IMG/VR virus record: IMGVR_UViG_3300021425_003554 | DNA length: 64,000 nt | Reading direction: 5' to 3' (one strand) | From: a virus | Taxonomy: Duplodnaviria; Caudoviricetes | Shown: positions 18,103 through 28,188 of the stretch, piece by piece | Numbering within the stretch: position 1 is the first letter of the stretch | Layout: the number at the start of each line of letters is the position of its first letter | Notes under the pieces: generated by a model | The model's database searches: none | Seen by the model: the letters and a program-made list of their open reading frames with translations, nothing else | Told to the model about the DNA's origin: nothing | Translations under genes and position numbers: made by a program

Positions 18103-19294
18103 AAATCTTTAATAGATTATTTAAATCCTTAAAAGTTTCTCCGAAATTTTCTTTCCTGACGGAATCGATTGATTTTATTTTTTCAGTTAATGCTTTTTTC
18201 CAATCCTTAATCTTGTAGTCAGGTTCTCCGTTAATATAGTCAATAGCCGTCTGTATTTCTTGTTGGTATATTTCAGTTTTTCTAAGTTTGTCAATTATCT
18301 GTTGCTTGAGCTCTCTAGGAATCTGTTGTATATCAAACTCCACAGGATGATGCAATATGTTTATGTACCAAAAATCTGGATTCCATTCTTTTACTTTATG
18401 TGCTAACTCGTCAATGTTCCATATGTTAAAAAAATTTAGAGTTGTGCATATCTGCGTAGAAAGATTTTTTAATCCTGAATTTAAAAATCGATTTATGTTT
18501 GAATCAACTTCTGTCCATACAGCAGGATGTCTTTGATACTCAAAACGTTTTTCAATATCGTCAATGCTGAATGCTATTTCTACCCTTTTAAAATGTGGCC
18601 AAATGTCTTTTACTGCTTCTTCCGGATACTGTGTACCATTGGTGTTGTAATGAACTTCTATTTTATCTGCCACTCCTGCTTCCACACACTTACGTAAAAT
18701 TGAAAATTGCTCTTTTATCATTAATGGCTCTCCGCCCGTGATCTCAAAAAATCTTATCGAGTCTATGTGCTTCTCTAGATCTTCATAAAATTTGTTAGGC
18801 TGTCTTGGCCATAATCCATCTCGATTGAATTTTTTCCAATAGTCTTTTCTGTTCGGGTCTATCTTGATCATGTCGTTCGTCCATTGAGAACTTGAGTGAG
18901 GCGAACATATTCTACATTTTAGATTACAAATATTCCCCAACTTTAAATCAATAAACCTAGGCGAAACTATATTTTTTTGTATATGAGTTTGACCTATTAC
19001 TCCTGCCTTTAACCACATATGTTGTCTCTTTGAAGTTTTACCCACTGCTTCTTCTTTCCAACAACTGCTACAACTACTGGGTTTTTCTCCATTTAAAAAT
19101 TGTTTTCTCAAATCATCCATGGCATCGGAATTCATTACTTCCGATATCGAATGTTCGGTTGTATTGTATTTTTTCCCGGAAGTGTCTTTCAATTCTTCCC
19201 TATACAAACAGCAAGGCTTGTACCTGCCATCGGGCCTAGTTTCTAAACTAGTCCATGGAAGATGACACATATTACTTTTTAAATATTTTTCCAC
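18095..19294 (-). CDS. radical SAM protein with N-terminal SPASM/twitch-like domain (type A)
   Basis: CHLPW...PCC...CSSC, then CNLKCRIC (CxxxCxxC), ITGGEP, YNTNGT, FSID. Confidence 0.9.
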   Translation of the reverse strand: MEKYLKSNMCHLPWTSLETRPDGRYKPCCLYREELKDTSGKKYNTTEHSISEVMNSDAMDDLRKQFLNGEKPSSCSSCWKEEAVGKTSKRQHMWLKAGVIGQTHIQKNIVSPRFIDLKLGNICNLKCRICSPHSSSQWTNDMIKIDPNRKDYWKKFNRDGLWPRQPNKFYEDLEKHIDSIRFFEITGGEPLMIKEQFSILRKCVEAGVADKIEVHYNTNGTQYPEEAVKDIWPHFKRVEIAFSIDDIEKRFEYQRHPAVWTEVDSNINRFLNSGLKNLSTQICTTLNFFNIWNIDELAHKVKEWNPDFWYINILHHPVEFDIQQIPRELKQQIIDKLRKTEIYQQEIQTAIDYINGEPDYKIKDWKKALTEKIKSIDSVRKENFGETFKDLNNLLKIYE

Positions 19295-20592
19295 CAGTCT
19301 AATATCCTTTTATCTTTTTCAAGTATTTTTGTTATGTCTTGATTCCTTAATTTATCGATTGATTCTTGTCTGCTCTTGCCACTCTTTTTTCCCCTGAAAG
19401 CATCAAATCCTAAAAACATATCATCGATATTTGCTCTCATCTTTAAATTTTTGAGAGTGTCTATCAATGCCTGTTGTTTTCTGTTTGCCTTTGGTTCCAT
19501 GTATTCTAATGCTTCATCTATAATTTCGCACATGAGTTCTCTAGGCAATGCCAACGGACTCAACACAGCCGATGCACTAAAAGTGAACATCACTTTGGTC
19601 AATATTTCTACATCTAATTCCCGGCTCAGATCAAACATATTTTTTAATTCTAATAATCCTGGCATTGTGATTGTGAAATCTAATCTCATTTCCCTTGATG
19701 TTTTTGCTACCGCCAATCCTTTTTTAAAATTACCTAACCATTCTTTGTAATTCAATCCATCACGTATGTATTCTCCCACATCTCCTGTTCCGTCGATCGA
19801 AGCACATATTTGCCAATCCTGAAACTGTGGCAACAACTTAAAAAGATCAATATTCTTAAATGTTGTTCTACTTAAATTGGTATTATATCTAACATAAACA
19901 TCCTTTGAAAATCCCAAATCAATTATCCTTTGCATACTGTTCCAGTGTATTTCCCACATCAACGGTTCTCCGCCACACCAATATATTTCTTTTATTTTTT
20001 TTGTTTCTATCGCATCAGTAAACTCTTGTACTATTTGTGTGTCTTGAAAATTTTTAATTTGTTCACGCAACGGAGAAGCCATCCATGGTTGAGAATCTTC
20101 GTTCCATGTTTTGTTTTTCCTCGACTCGGCTTCCCAACTGGAACTCAACATATCTCCGCACATTCTACATTTGAAATTACATAGATTATTAAATCTATAA
20201 TCAAAACTTATCGTAGGCATTGTGGTTGCTCCGTTTTCGTCTGTGCTTTCAAATGCTTCGTCTATTTTATTAGCAAAGAGTTTGTTCCAATAAGATCTAT
20301 AGACATTTGTATTCAACAGTTTATGATCACATACCTGGCATTCGGATAATTCTTCTCCGGCTAGCATTCTTCGTCTCACAGAACGCATATGTTCTGAATT
20401 CCAATGTTCTTCTAACGTTAGAGGTTTATACTCATTGGCATCATTTCCTGTATCTATGTACTGCTTAAAACTTTGTGCTGGTTCTCTTGAAGCACAACAC
20501 ATACGCCTTTCTGTTTGTGGAGAAAGGTATGTGTGCGTCCAAGGCGCCATACAAAATGTTTTATTGCCTTCGTTAGGCTTAATTTTTTTCAT
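19279..20592 (-). CDS. radical SAM protein with N-terminal SPASM/twitch-like domain (type A)
   Basis: CMAPW...MCC...CQVC, then CNFKCRMC, CGGEP, YNTN, ASIDG; ATG at 20592 preferred over 20643. Confidence 0.9.
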   Translation of the reverse strand: MKKIKPNEGNKTFCMAPWTHTYLSPQTERRMCCASREPAQSFKQYIDTGNDANEYKPLTLEEHWNSEHMRSVRRRMLAGEELSECQVCDHKLLNTNVYRSYWNKLFANKIDEAFESTDENGATTMPTISFDYRFNNLCNFKCRMCGDMLSSSWEAESRKNKTWNEDSQPWMASPLREQIKNFQDTQIVQEFTDAIETKKIKEIYWCGGEPLMWEIHWNSMQRIIDLGFSKDVYVRYNTNLSRTTFKNIDLFKLLPQFQDWQICASIDGTGDVGEYIRDGLNYKEWLGNFKKGLAVAKTSREMRLDFTITMPGLLELKNMFDLSRELDVEILTKVMFTFSASAVLSPLALPRELMCEIIDEALEYMEPKANRKQQALIDTLKNLKMRANIDDMFLGFDAFRGKKSGKSRQESIDKLRNQDITKILEKDKRILDWWKNI

Positions 20593-21871
20593 ATTTGTCA
20601 AATAACTCTTTCCATTCTGGAAATATTTCAAGAGTATTTTCATTTCTTATCTTATCATATCTCCGTGTATTAACAAAAAATAGATCTAGATGTTTTTGGT
20701 TATCTGTTGAGAACATCCAATCCAATGCAGATTCAAAACCTTTTGTTGCCCTAGTAAGGGAATCCTGGTCCTTCAACCATTTGATGTGTTCATTGTATTT
20801 CTCTTTCACTTGTTCCTTATATTCCGGAGGCAATATGTCCATCCGTTGCCATATAGGATGTTGTAATAAATTAAAATTAAAATCTTGTGGTTTAATCAGA
20901 CCTTGTTCTACCCAACTTTTATGGAAATCAGTGACATGAAGACTGTTTATAAGTCCCACCGTTGAACTGATATAAAAGTCCACTTGCGGACATATTTCCA
21001 TCATACGCTTTCTATTGGCTATTATTTGTTCCCACACTGTGCCTTTACGCATTAATTCTGCTCTAGGACCCTCGGCATCGAGACTGGCTCCAACTGACAC
21101 TGAATCAAATTTATTCCATAATTCAAAAACATCTATGTCCTTAAATGTCGTTCTACTAAAGTTGGTATTGTATATAAGCCTAACATGATACATTTTACGT
21201 TTGTCTAGTTCTTTTAAAATACGATAATGTTCTTCCATTATTATTGGCTCTCCACCAGCAAAATAAAACTGTTCTGTGTGCTCAAACTGTTCTAGCATCT
21301 GTTCCCATAGATCATTTGTGCTTCTACCAACTTTCATTACCTTGGCGTGTGGAGGAGGACTACCTGTAAGTTTTTTGTGATCTTCATACCAGTTACTACT
21401 GAACCATGTTCCGCAACTCCTACAAGCCATGTTACATAAATTTGAAAAACGTATATCCCAATATTTCATAACAAAATCTGCTTTGCCGTCTGGAAGCGTG
21501 TTGTGTACTAACGGAATGTTATGACCAAAATGTTTGTTAGAACTTAGACGTAGGCTAAAAAATCCAGATTTCTCTTGATCGTAACATTTCATACACTCTC
21601 GAGATTTCTGATTGTTCAGCATACGTATTCTCATGTCTTTCATTTTGTCACCGTTGAAAACTTCTTCCATGCTGTTTTCATTTAGATTTCCCACCGGATA
21701 AGGATCAAACGCAAAACAACAAGGATACGCTCTGCCATCAGGATATGCATGAAGATGCATCCAAGGTAGTATACAGAAAGTGTCACTTTCGATCAGTAAC
21801 TCTTTCTCCCTATCGGTCATGTCTTTTATTTTTAATTTTTCAGGCTCTTTGGCCCCGTACTCATATGCCAT
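20579..21871 (-). CDS. radical SAM protein with N-terminal SPASM/twitch-like domain (type A)
   Basis: CILPW...PCC...CMKC, then CNMACRSC, AGGEP, YNTN, ASLD. Confidence 0.9.
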   Translation of the reverse strand: MAYEYGAKEPEKLKIKDMTDREKELLIESDTFCILPWMHLHAYPDGRAYPCCFAFDPYPVGNLNENSMEEVFNGDKMKDMRIRMLNNQKSRECMKCYDQEKSGFFSLRLSSNKHFGHNIPLVHNTLPDGKADFVMKYWDIRFSNLCNMACRSCGTWFSSNWYEDHKKLTGSPPPHAKVMKVGRSTNDLWEQMLEQFEHTEQFYFAGGEPIIMEEHYRILKELDKRKMYHVRLIYNTNFSRTTFKDIDVFELWNKFDSVSVGASLDAEGPRAELMRKGTVWEQIIANRKRMMEICPQVDFYISSTVGLINSLHVTDFHKSWVEQGLIKPQDFNFNLLQHPIWQRMDILPPEYKEQVKEKYNEHIKWLKDQDSLTRATKGFESALDWMFSTDNQKHLDLFFVNTRRYDKIRNENTLEIFPEWKELFDKYEKN

Positions 21872-23204
21872 TGTACCATTCTCCTATAATTGGGAAAGTT
21901 TTTTTGAAATCCTTGCCCCTACGTTTGTCATATTGACTATAAAATGCCTTAAAATCTTTTTGTAATTTATCCTGTGTGGCCGCACCTGCGTGTGGTGTTT
22001 TGACCACATCAAGGTAATCTATTAATCGTGTTGTGTGATTTATTTCCATTTGTTCCAACCATTTTTCGTTGTTCGTTAAAAATTTTTCAATGTCACCTTT
22101 AAATCTGTTTCTTAATTCGTCAGGCAATACTAACGGTGATTGGAAACTAGGAAATCTTAATATGTTGAGTGTGTAATTAATCTTTGGTCCATAGACCTTG
22201 CTAGAATGTTTGAACCAAACAATCTTTTCAAGAAATTCCGGTAACGATTCTAAACACAATGCATTGATTGTACACATATTGTGGATCTCTACCGGCACTT
22301 TATCTACCATCATGTGTAACACTCTGCTGAACCAATCTCCATAATCCAATCCATCTCTGATATATTCTGCTTGTTTAAAAGTTGCTTCATTACTGGTGTA
22401 TAAATGAAAGTTTTTAAATCCTTTTAGTTTAGTTTTAAAATCATCGATTATGCTTTGTTTTGCTCCTAGATTAGAATTGATAGCAATACGCATATCTGGA
22501 TTCATTTTATCACCTTGGGTTTCTATCCAATCTAGCAATCTCCATAGGTGAGGAGACATCATTGGTTCTCCACCTGTTATTCTTAGTTCATCTAAAGTTT
22601 TATGTAGGTCCGAATCCCACCATTTAAAAAATGCTTCCACATACGGATTGGTCTCATTTAATTTATACGGTTGTGATTCTTCATGAGAATGTGTGAAATG
22701 ATTACGTCCGTCTGATTTTAAATCTGTATAGGGTCCTTTTTGTTTGATGTCGTTTGCCCACGTCGACGAAAATGCAGGATTACAGTAAGAACAAGCAAAA
22801 TTACAAGTTCTATCAAATGCAATTTCTAAAGTTTTGAGATTGATATCTTCGGTTATAGGAGTCTGGCTTGCTGTTATCATGTCTGCATTAGAATATATTT
22901 TGCTTTTATATACTCTATCGCTTACAGCATCTCTTTTCATGTCCTCTATCTTCCAACAATATTCACAACCTGCGGGTCTTTCTCCCGCGATCATTTTGGC
23001 ACGATCGTTTTTCTTTTCCGGAGTATTGTGTAACAATTTTGGATTCTGCGTTACTTTAGCAAGATCAACTTTGTGTGCTGGCGGATGGTGGCAACTTGTG
23101 GTCATGCCAGATCCCAGCCATATGGTAGCATTGTACCATTTTGCTCCACAAAACGATGGAGATATCGAATCTAAAAACTGTTTTTTGTAATCTATATCTT
23201 TCAT
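21861..23204 (-). CDS. radical SAM protein with N-terminal auxiliary-cluster domain (type B)
   Basis: CGAKW...SCHHP...CEYC, then CNFACSYC, ITGGEP, INSN. Confidence 0.9.
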   Translation of the reverse strand: MKDIDYKKQFLDSISPSFCGAKWYNATIWLGSGMTTSCHHPPAHKVDLAKVTQNPKLLHNTPEKKNDRAKMIAGERPAGCEYCWKIEDMKRDAVSDRVYKSKIYSNADMITASQTPITEDINLKTLEIAFDRTCNFACSYCNPAFSSTWANDIKQKGPYTDLKSDGRNHFTHSHEESQPYKLNETNPYVEAFFKWWDSDLHKTLDELRITGGEPMMSPHLWRLLDWIETQGDKMNPDMRIAINSNLGAKQSIIDDFKTKLKGFKNFHLYTSNEATFKQAEYIRDGLDYGDWFSRVLHMMVDKVPVEIHNMCTINALCLESLPEFLEKIVWFKHSSKVYGPKINYTLNILRFPSFQSPLVLPDELRNRFKGDIEKFLTNNEKWLEQMEINHTTRLIDYLDVVKTPHAGAATQDKLQKDFKAFYSQYDKRRGKDFKKTFPIIGEWYNGI

Positions 23205-23803
23205 TATATGTACTTAAACACTTTCTCTGCCCACTGTTTATTTTGTTCAATCGTCATATGATTTATTTTTCCTTTGCCCCAATGATCTCGGCCACCACTG
23301 AAACTGAACATACTTTCATCGATGAATATTCCTGTTGTTAATTTTATATTGGCATTTTTGTCTGCCGTTTCAAATGGTTTAAAACTCCACATCTGTATTA
23401 TTTTTTTGTTTTGTAATTTAGATAAAACGTGTTGATCATAATATTTCAAAGCATACTCGTATGCTAATTCGTCCTTGTCATAATTGTGTAAATGTTTCCA
23501 ATAATTTTCCAGTGTTTTATAGATGTCTGGGTCTACTCCTTCCAGTGGTTCTGTGTTGGCACTCAATATCAAATTCGGATGGTATAGTCTATATGGTTCT
23601 GTCCAACAAAATATCGAATAATCCGGAACACGATCTTGTTCTATCAATTTGTTAAACCTAAAAAATACACTCCATATGCTTCTTCCAGGTTCGCCAAACC
23701 ATCGTATACGATCACAACCTAATTTCTCTTGAAGTATATTACACCAACTCTCGGATTGATTGCTGGCACAGAAACTATCTCCAAAAAATCCTATTGTGCT
23801 CAT
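23204..23803 (-). CDS. SGNH/GDSL-hydrolase-like protein
   Basis: IGFFGDSFC (GDS block I), GEPGRS, terminal INH motif. Confidence 0.6.
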   Translation of the reverse strand: MSTIGFFGDSFCASNQSESWCNILQEKLGCDRIRWFGEPGRSIWSVFFRFNKLIEQDRVPDYSIFCWTEPYRLYHPNLILSANTEPLEGVDPDIYKTLENYWKHLHNYDKDELAYEYALKYYDQHVLSKLQNKKIIQMWSFKPFETADKNANIKLTTGIFIDESMFSFSGGRDHWGKGKINHMTIEQNKQWAEKVFKYI

Positions 23804-25170
23804 GAGTTTCTACACTCCTCCCAAAACTCTCGCATTTCAGGAAATATTTTTTCAAAATTTGTTCTTCGTCTACGATCGTGTTCTGTAAAAAATGTGTAAA
23901 AATTCTTTTTTTGTTTTTTATCATCGGTATAATTTTTTTGCCAATAAGAAAGATTACGTTGCATTTTTTGTATTTCAAAATCTTTAAACAACGAAAAATC
24001 TTTTTGATTCTCTCCCGAATTCGATTTCATCCATTCAATATTGTCTTTGTGTATCTCTTGATACGATTCGGGTAATAGTGTTACTTGTTGCCATTCTGGT
24101 TGACGTAGTATGGGTATATCGAACCATACTCGTTGATACGTGGTTGAATGTTTTTCTCGAAGATGCTTGATATCTTCAAGTAACTTTCTTAGACCTGTGA
24201 CACTAAGATTGTTATAGGTTATTATGAAGGTAACTGAATTACGTACAGGAATCATTGTCAAAAAATGATCTACGTTGTCTAACATTTTGTTGTAATCGAG
24301 ACCATTACGAATATATTCTGCTTGTTTACCCCAGGTATCTACAGAGACGAACTGCATGAAATGTTCTACTTTTTCTTCATGGCAAATACGACTAACTGCA
24401 TTAAAATATTTTGTTTTTAACTTGGGATCAGGTGGACACATATTCGAAGTTACATTTAGGTGTAGATCTTTTTTTGGATTATCTATGATGTAATCAAATA
24501 CCTTGTAAGTGTTCACATCCATCATGGGCTCTCCTCCGGTCATTCTAAAATGTTTCAATCCCTTATACAATTCAGGCCACCATTTCCAGAATGCTTCCAC
24601 ATACGGATTAGATTCTCTATTTGGTATGGGTTGTCTTCTTCCTGAGAAATGTGTCGGGTCATTGTGTACAGGTGATGTAGGATATCCACCGTACATATTG
24701 ATTTCTTTACCCCACGTTGTTGAAAATTGAGGAGAACAATAGGAACAAGCAAAATTACAGGCATTGTTAAAATTGACTTCTACATAACGAGGAGTATGTG
24801 TTGTATTAAAAGGATCTTGCTTAATTTTATCAAAATCCTCCATGGCCCATGGCTCACCAGAACGATAGTGTCGGTCACTCATTTCGCCAGTGTCTTCCAT
24901 TTTCCAACAGTAAGAGCAACCTGCAGGTCGTTCACCTGCGATCATTTGTTTTCGTTGTCGAATTTTTTCTTCGGTGTTGTGCAATGCCGCTGGATTTGAT
25001 GCCAGCGAATCTTTATCAATCTCATGCAGTGGAGGATGATAACATGAATTGGTTAATCCAGTGGGTAGATGTAAAGACACCTGATTCCATTTTGCTAGAC
25101 ACATCGTAGGCGAAATTGAAAGTAATTTTTCCTTGGCTTTCTCGGCATCTGATTTGTAAACACTACTCAC
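23800..25170 (-). CDS. radical SAM protein with N-terminal auxiliary-cluster domain (type B)
   Basis: CLAKW...SCYHP...CSYC, then CNFACSYC, MTGGEP, VTSN; ORF track start 25236, GTG at 25170 overlapping the upstream stop is likelier. Confidence 0.9.
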   Translation of the reverse strand: MSSVYKSDAEKAKEKLLSISPTMCLAKWNQVSLHLPTGLTNSCYHPPLHEIDKDSLASNPAALHNTEEKIRQRKQMIAGERPAGCSYCWKMEDTGEMSDRHYRSGEPWAMEDFDKIKQDPFNTTHTPRYVEVNFNNACNFACSYCSPQFSTTWGKEINMYGGYPTSPVHNDPTHFSGRRQPIPNRESNPYVEAFWKWWPELYKGLKHFRMTGGEPMMDVNTYKVFDYIIDNPKKDLHLNVTSNMCPPDPKLKTKYFNAVSRICHEEKVEHFMQFVSVDTWGKQAEYIRNGLDYNKMLDNVDHFLTMIPVRNSVTFIITYNNLSVTGLRKLLEDIKHLREKHSTTYQRVWFDIPILRQPEWQQVTLLPESYQEIHKDNIEWMKSNSGENQKDFSLFKDFEIQKMQRNLSYWQKNYTDDKKQKKNFYTFFTEHDRRRRTNFEKIFPEMREFWEECRNS

Positions 25171-26050
25171 GATCCTGCACTCCTTTATTAACATAAGGTT
25201 TTTGACAAAATTTAAAAAAACGACTGCCTTCGGCATTAAAAGTGCTGATTGGAATATCTAATTTTTGTTTCAGACTATTTCCGTACATTTCTATATCTTC
25301 ATCCAAATCATTGATTGCATGAAAAAAACTTTTACAACTGTCTAAGTTTCTAACATTTTCTAAATTAAAATTACTTTTTATGGTTGCTTGATAACAACCA
25401 ACTCTTGCACCTAACATGGCGTATTTTCCATATTCAACATCTGCCCCGATGCTTTGCCATATGGACAGTATTCGTAAATTGTGTTGATGTATCTTATTTG
25501 AAAAATCCAAAGGTGAAATTCTATTACCTTGATCTAAACTCATCTTTACACCTTCTCGAAATCCGGCAACAAATGCCTGCTCCGGTGAAAAGTTGATTAC
25601 TGTATTACTATAAACATTATGTAAATTTTCATGAGGTACTGTCCAACAAAAATCTATTTTGGCTTTTTCGTCCTCTGCATTTTCATGGGTTTTCATTTTC
25701 AAACAGGTTTCTTTATCCCATCCAACGACTCCTCCGTTGCCATATATCAATCCGTTTATTGAATTTTTTGCTTTCCATCTGTGTACTGCTTTTTTATTAG
25801 TTTTCGTCCAATCTAATTTTTGTAATAAAAATGAAGGATCAATAACATTGTCTCCGTCTATGGATATAAAAAAATCTGTTTCTGCGATCTCTGCCGCGGC
25901 TTTGTGTGCATTATCAAAACCTTTGACTCCATCCACACGTTTTGCCCAAGGCACGATGTTTAATAGATTAGCATAATTTTCTTCCTTGTTGGGTTCATAA
26001 AAAGATATGAACACAAAATCTAAATCACTTATTCTAACGGTGTCTGCCAT
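25163..26050 (-). CDS. GT-A-fold glycosyltransferase-like protein
   Basis: DFVFISFYEP..EEN, GVKG, FFISIDGDN (DxD); start at ATG 26050 preferred over 26083. Confidence 0.7.
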   Translation of the reverse strand: MADTVRISDLDFVFISFYEPNKEENYANLLNIVPWAKRVDGVKGFDNAHKAAAEIAETDFFISIDGDNVIDPSFLLQKLDWTKTNKKAVHRWKAKNSINGLIYGNGGVVGWDKETCLKMKTHENAEDEKAKIDFCWTVPHENLHNVYSNTVINFSPEQAFVAGFREGVKMSLDQGNRISPLDFSNKIHQHNLRILSIWQSIGADVEYGKYAMLGARVGCYQATIKSNFNLENVRNLDSCKSFFHAINDLDEDIEMYGNSLKQKLDIPISTFNAEGSRFFKFCQKPYVNKGVQDRE

Positions 26051-26334
26051 GTGTACCCCCCTTCCTTGAATCCTACGGGCCAATATGGATCTCCATCTAA
26101 GAACACATATCCTTCTTTTGATTTTTTAAGTTCATTAAATATTCTGCCGGTCTTTTTGATAGGTTTTTTTACAATCTTGCCATCACTGTCCAACATCCAT
26201 TGTTCTATTCCTGATTTTTGTATTTCTAACATTGTTTCGTGAGACACTTCCATAATTTTTCCATCTATGGTCACCAGATCTGGTTTTCTTTTCCTAGGCT
26301 TGAAATTACCTAATGCGTTAAAAAATTCGGTCAT
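26029..26334 (-). CDS. hypothetical protein
   Basis: 101-aa ORF with GGAG SD, overlapping both neighbours. Confidence 0.65.
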   Translation of the reverse strand: MTEFFNALGNFKPRKRKPDLVTIDGKIMEVSHETMLEIQKSGIEQWMLDSDGKIVKKPIKKTGRIFNELKKSKEGYVFLDGDPYWPVGFKEGGYTWQTPLE

Positions 26335-27124
26335 TCAATAACTCCGTTGTGTCTTTTTGATAATAATGCCATACCCTGTTTAATCTCTTACCTCCCAGAT
26401 ACATCCTATCAGCGAGTCGTGTTGGATAAAGATAATTGTGTTGATCCATGACACTTTCTGTGTTGTTTATTCCAGGTTTATTATGTATAAATTTAAACCA
26501 TGGATAGTCTACTAATAATTGATTCGTGGGATCTAAAATTCTCAATGAAAGAGCATAAACTACATCTGTTGTCGGTACGTCGTCATGACAATTAATCAAC
26601 ATTTCATCTCTTACTGTGCTCCAATTTAGTGTAATTGTTTTGCAAATATCAAAAAATTTTTTAGATAAAACACTTTTTCTAAAATAAAACATTCCGTTAT
26701 AAACATCTGCCAATAAATTTTTATTAAATATTTTTCTATAAGGACTATTATTAATAATTTCATCTTTATAATTTCTACAATTGATCGAGAACACCATGTC
26801 GTGCTGTCCTAAATGATTCCACCATTCGTCAGTGCAGGATGTGAATAACATATCGGCTTCTAATTTAATTGTATGTGTAAACGGTGTCAAACCAAATGCT
26901 TTGTATTCGTTTGAAAATTTGTTTGAATGCTTCTCGCTGTTGTCATCTTTTAAAACAACAACATAATCTATATAATCGCTATTAATTTTTGTCAGTTTAT
27001 CCGTGACAACACATATTAGGTTTTCATTATTGTGTTGTTTAATAGATTTTGCCAACTCGATACTTAATTTAGCATAATCTGTTTTTTCGTTGTTCTGTGC
27101 AAACCATAGAAAACCTTTAGACAT
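26318..27124 (-). CDS. glycosyltransferase-like protein (GT8-like)
   Basis: DYAKLSIELAKSIK, TPFTHTIKLEAD (E/DxD), YNGMFYF; paralogous to 27117-27866. Confidence 0.6.
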   Translation of the reverse strand: MSKGFLWFAQNNEKTDYAKLSIELAKSIKQHNNENLICVVTDKLTKINSDYIDYVVVLKDDNSEKHSNKFSNEYKAFGLTPFTHTIKLEADMLFTSCTDEWWNHLGQHDMVFSINCRNYKDEIINNSPYRKIFNKNLLADVYNGMFYFRKSVLSKKFFDICKTITLNWSTVRDEMLINCHDDVPTTDVVYALSLRILDPTNQLLVDYPWFKFIHNKPGINNTESVMDQHNYLYPTRLADRMYLGGKRLNRVWHYYQKDTTELLNDRIF

Positions 27125-27866
27125 CGATTGGTATCTCCTTGTTTAGAATGTGTACATCTTGTTTTTCCGTCATACCAACACAATCAGCATATCGGAACTT
27201 AATTGAAGAATCATTAATTTCTAATATGTCAACATCTGTGGGTAACATACTCATTTTAACCGGTATGTAATTTTTGATGTTCAGTTGATGCATAGCAATC
27301 GCAAAAGCATAATCATTGCGGAAGTTCTTAAAATCTATCCTGTATAGATTACAAAAATAATTGTAATTGTGTTGTATGTGTTGTATCAATCGAAATATGT
27401 TTTCGGTTGTTTTATTTTTTTTAAAAATAGTCACTGTTGCCCAAACAATAGGTAACATACTTAACGAACTGTATTCGAATTTATTTCTACCGGTTAGGTC
27501 ATGTACTTTGTTGTGTAATAAAAAATCATAACCAGTATCAACAAATTGTAACAAATTATCTGTGTAAACAAAATAGTCGGCATCTAATAGTATTGTTGTG
27601 TCATAGGGAGTGTACTCATAGGATTTTGCTCTTTCTAAATTGAACCAATCCACAGTTTTATTTTTATAAACTCTTTTATTTCCTGACTTATTTTCTATGA
27701 CCACTGTGCTGTCAACATCCTTTAAAAATTTTTTTGTCGATTCATTAGTGACCACTGTCACGGGAAGATTTAAATGTTTTTTGATCTGCTGAATGCAGAA
27801 ATTAGTAACTGTATGATATTTGATTTTTTCCGAATCAAAACAGTAGATTAATACACCTGCTGACAT
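27117..27866 (-). CDS. glycosyltransferase-like protein (GT8-like)
   Basis: TPYDTTILLDADY (DxD), WATVTIF, RNDYAFAIA. Confidence 0.65.
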   Translation of the reverse strand: MSAGVLIYCFDSEKIKYHTVTNFCIQQIKKHLNLPVTVVTNESTKKFLKDVDSTVVIENKSGNKRVYKNKTVDWFNLERAKSYEYTPYDTTILLDADYFVYTDNLLQFVDTGYDFLLHNKVHDLTGRNKFEYSSLSMLPIVWATVTIFKKNKTTENIFRLIQHIQHNYNYFCNLYRIDFKNFRNDYAFAIAMHQLNIKNYIPVKMSMLPTDVDILEINDSSIKFRYADCVGMTEKQDVHILNKEIPIDV

Positions 27867-27867
27867 A

Positions 27868-28182
27868 TCAAACCCTTTTTTTTAATTGATTATATAATTG
27901 ATGATATTCGTTTAGTGCTTCTTGATTTCGTTTTAACAGTGTTTCTAAAAATTCTTCTGGGTTGGTTATTTCGCAGGGATTTTCGTTGCTGTCTAGAATG
28001 AAAAATGTTTTGTGTGTTTTTTTTAATGTGTCAACTAGGTTGATGGTATCGGCATCCGCAGAAAATATAGAACCGTTATAAGCAACAACTTGTCTGGACC
28101 TTGCTCTTTCCAGAGCATTCCTTTTGGCCGTTGCTACTTCGAAACTTAGATCCGATTGTTTTTTTAAGTCAGATAATTCCAT
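27868..28182 (-). CDS. hypothetical protein, first gene of the modification operon
   Basis: 104-aa ORF starting 6 nt after a -10 box. Confidence 0.7.
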   Translation of the reverse strand: MELSDLKKQSDLSFEVATAKRNALERARSRQVVAYNGSIFSADADTINLVDTLKKTHKTFFILDSNENPCEITNPEEFLETLLKRNQEALNEYHQLYNQLKKRV

Positions 28183-28188
28183 ACCACA

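Noticed and set aside
10063-28182. Window as a bacterial LPS/capsule locus or a eukaryotic giant virus segment
   Set aside because: No wzx/wzy/ABC exporter or host housekeeping genes; it is flanked by T4-like baseplate, gp55, gp47 and RNase H genes with bacterial promoters
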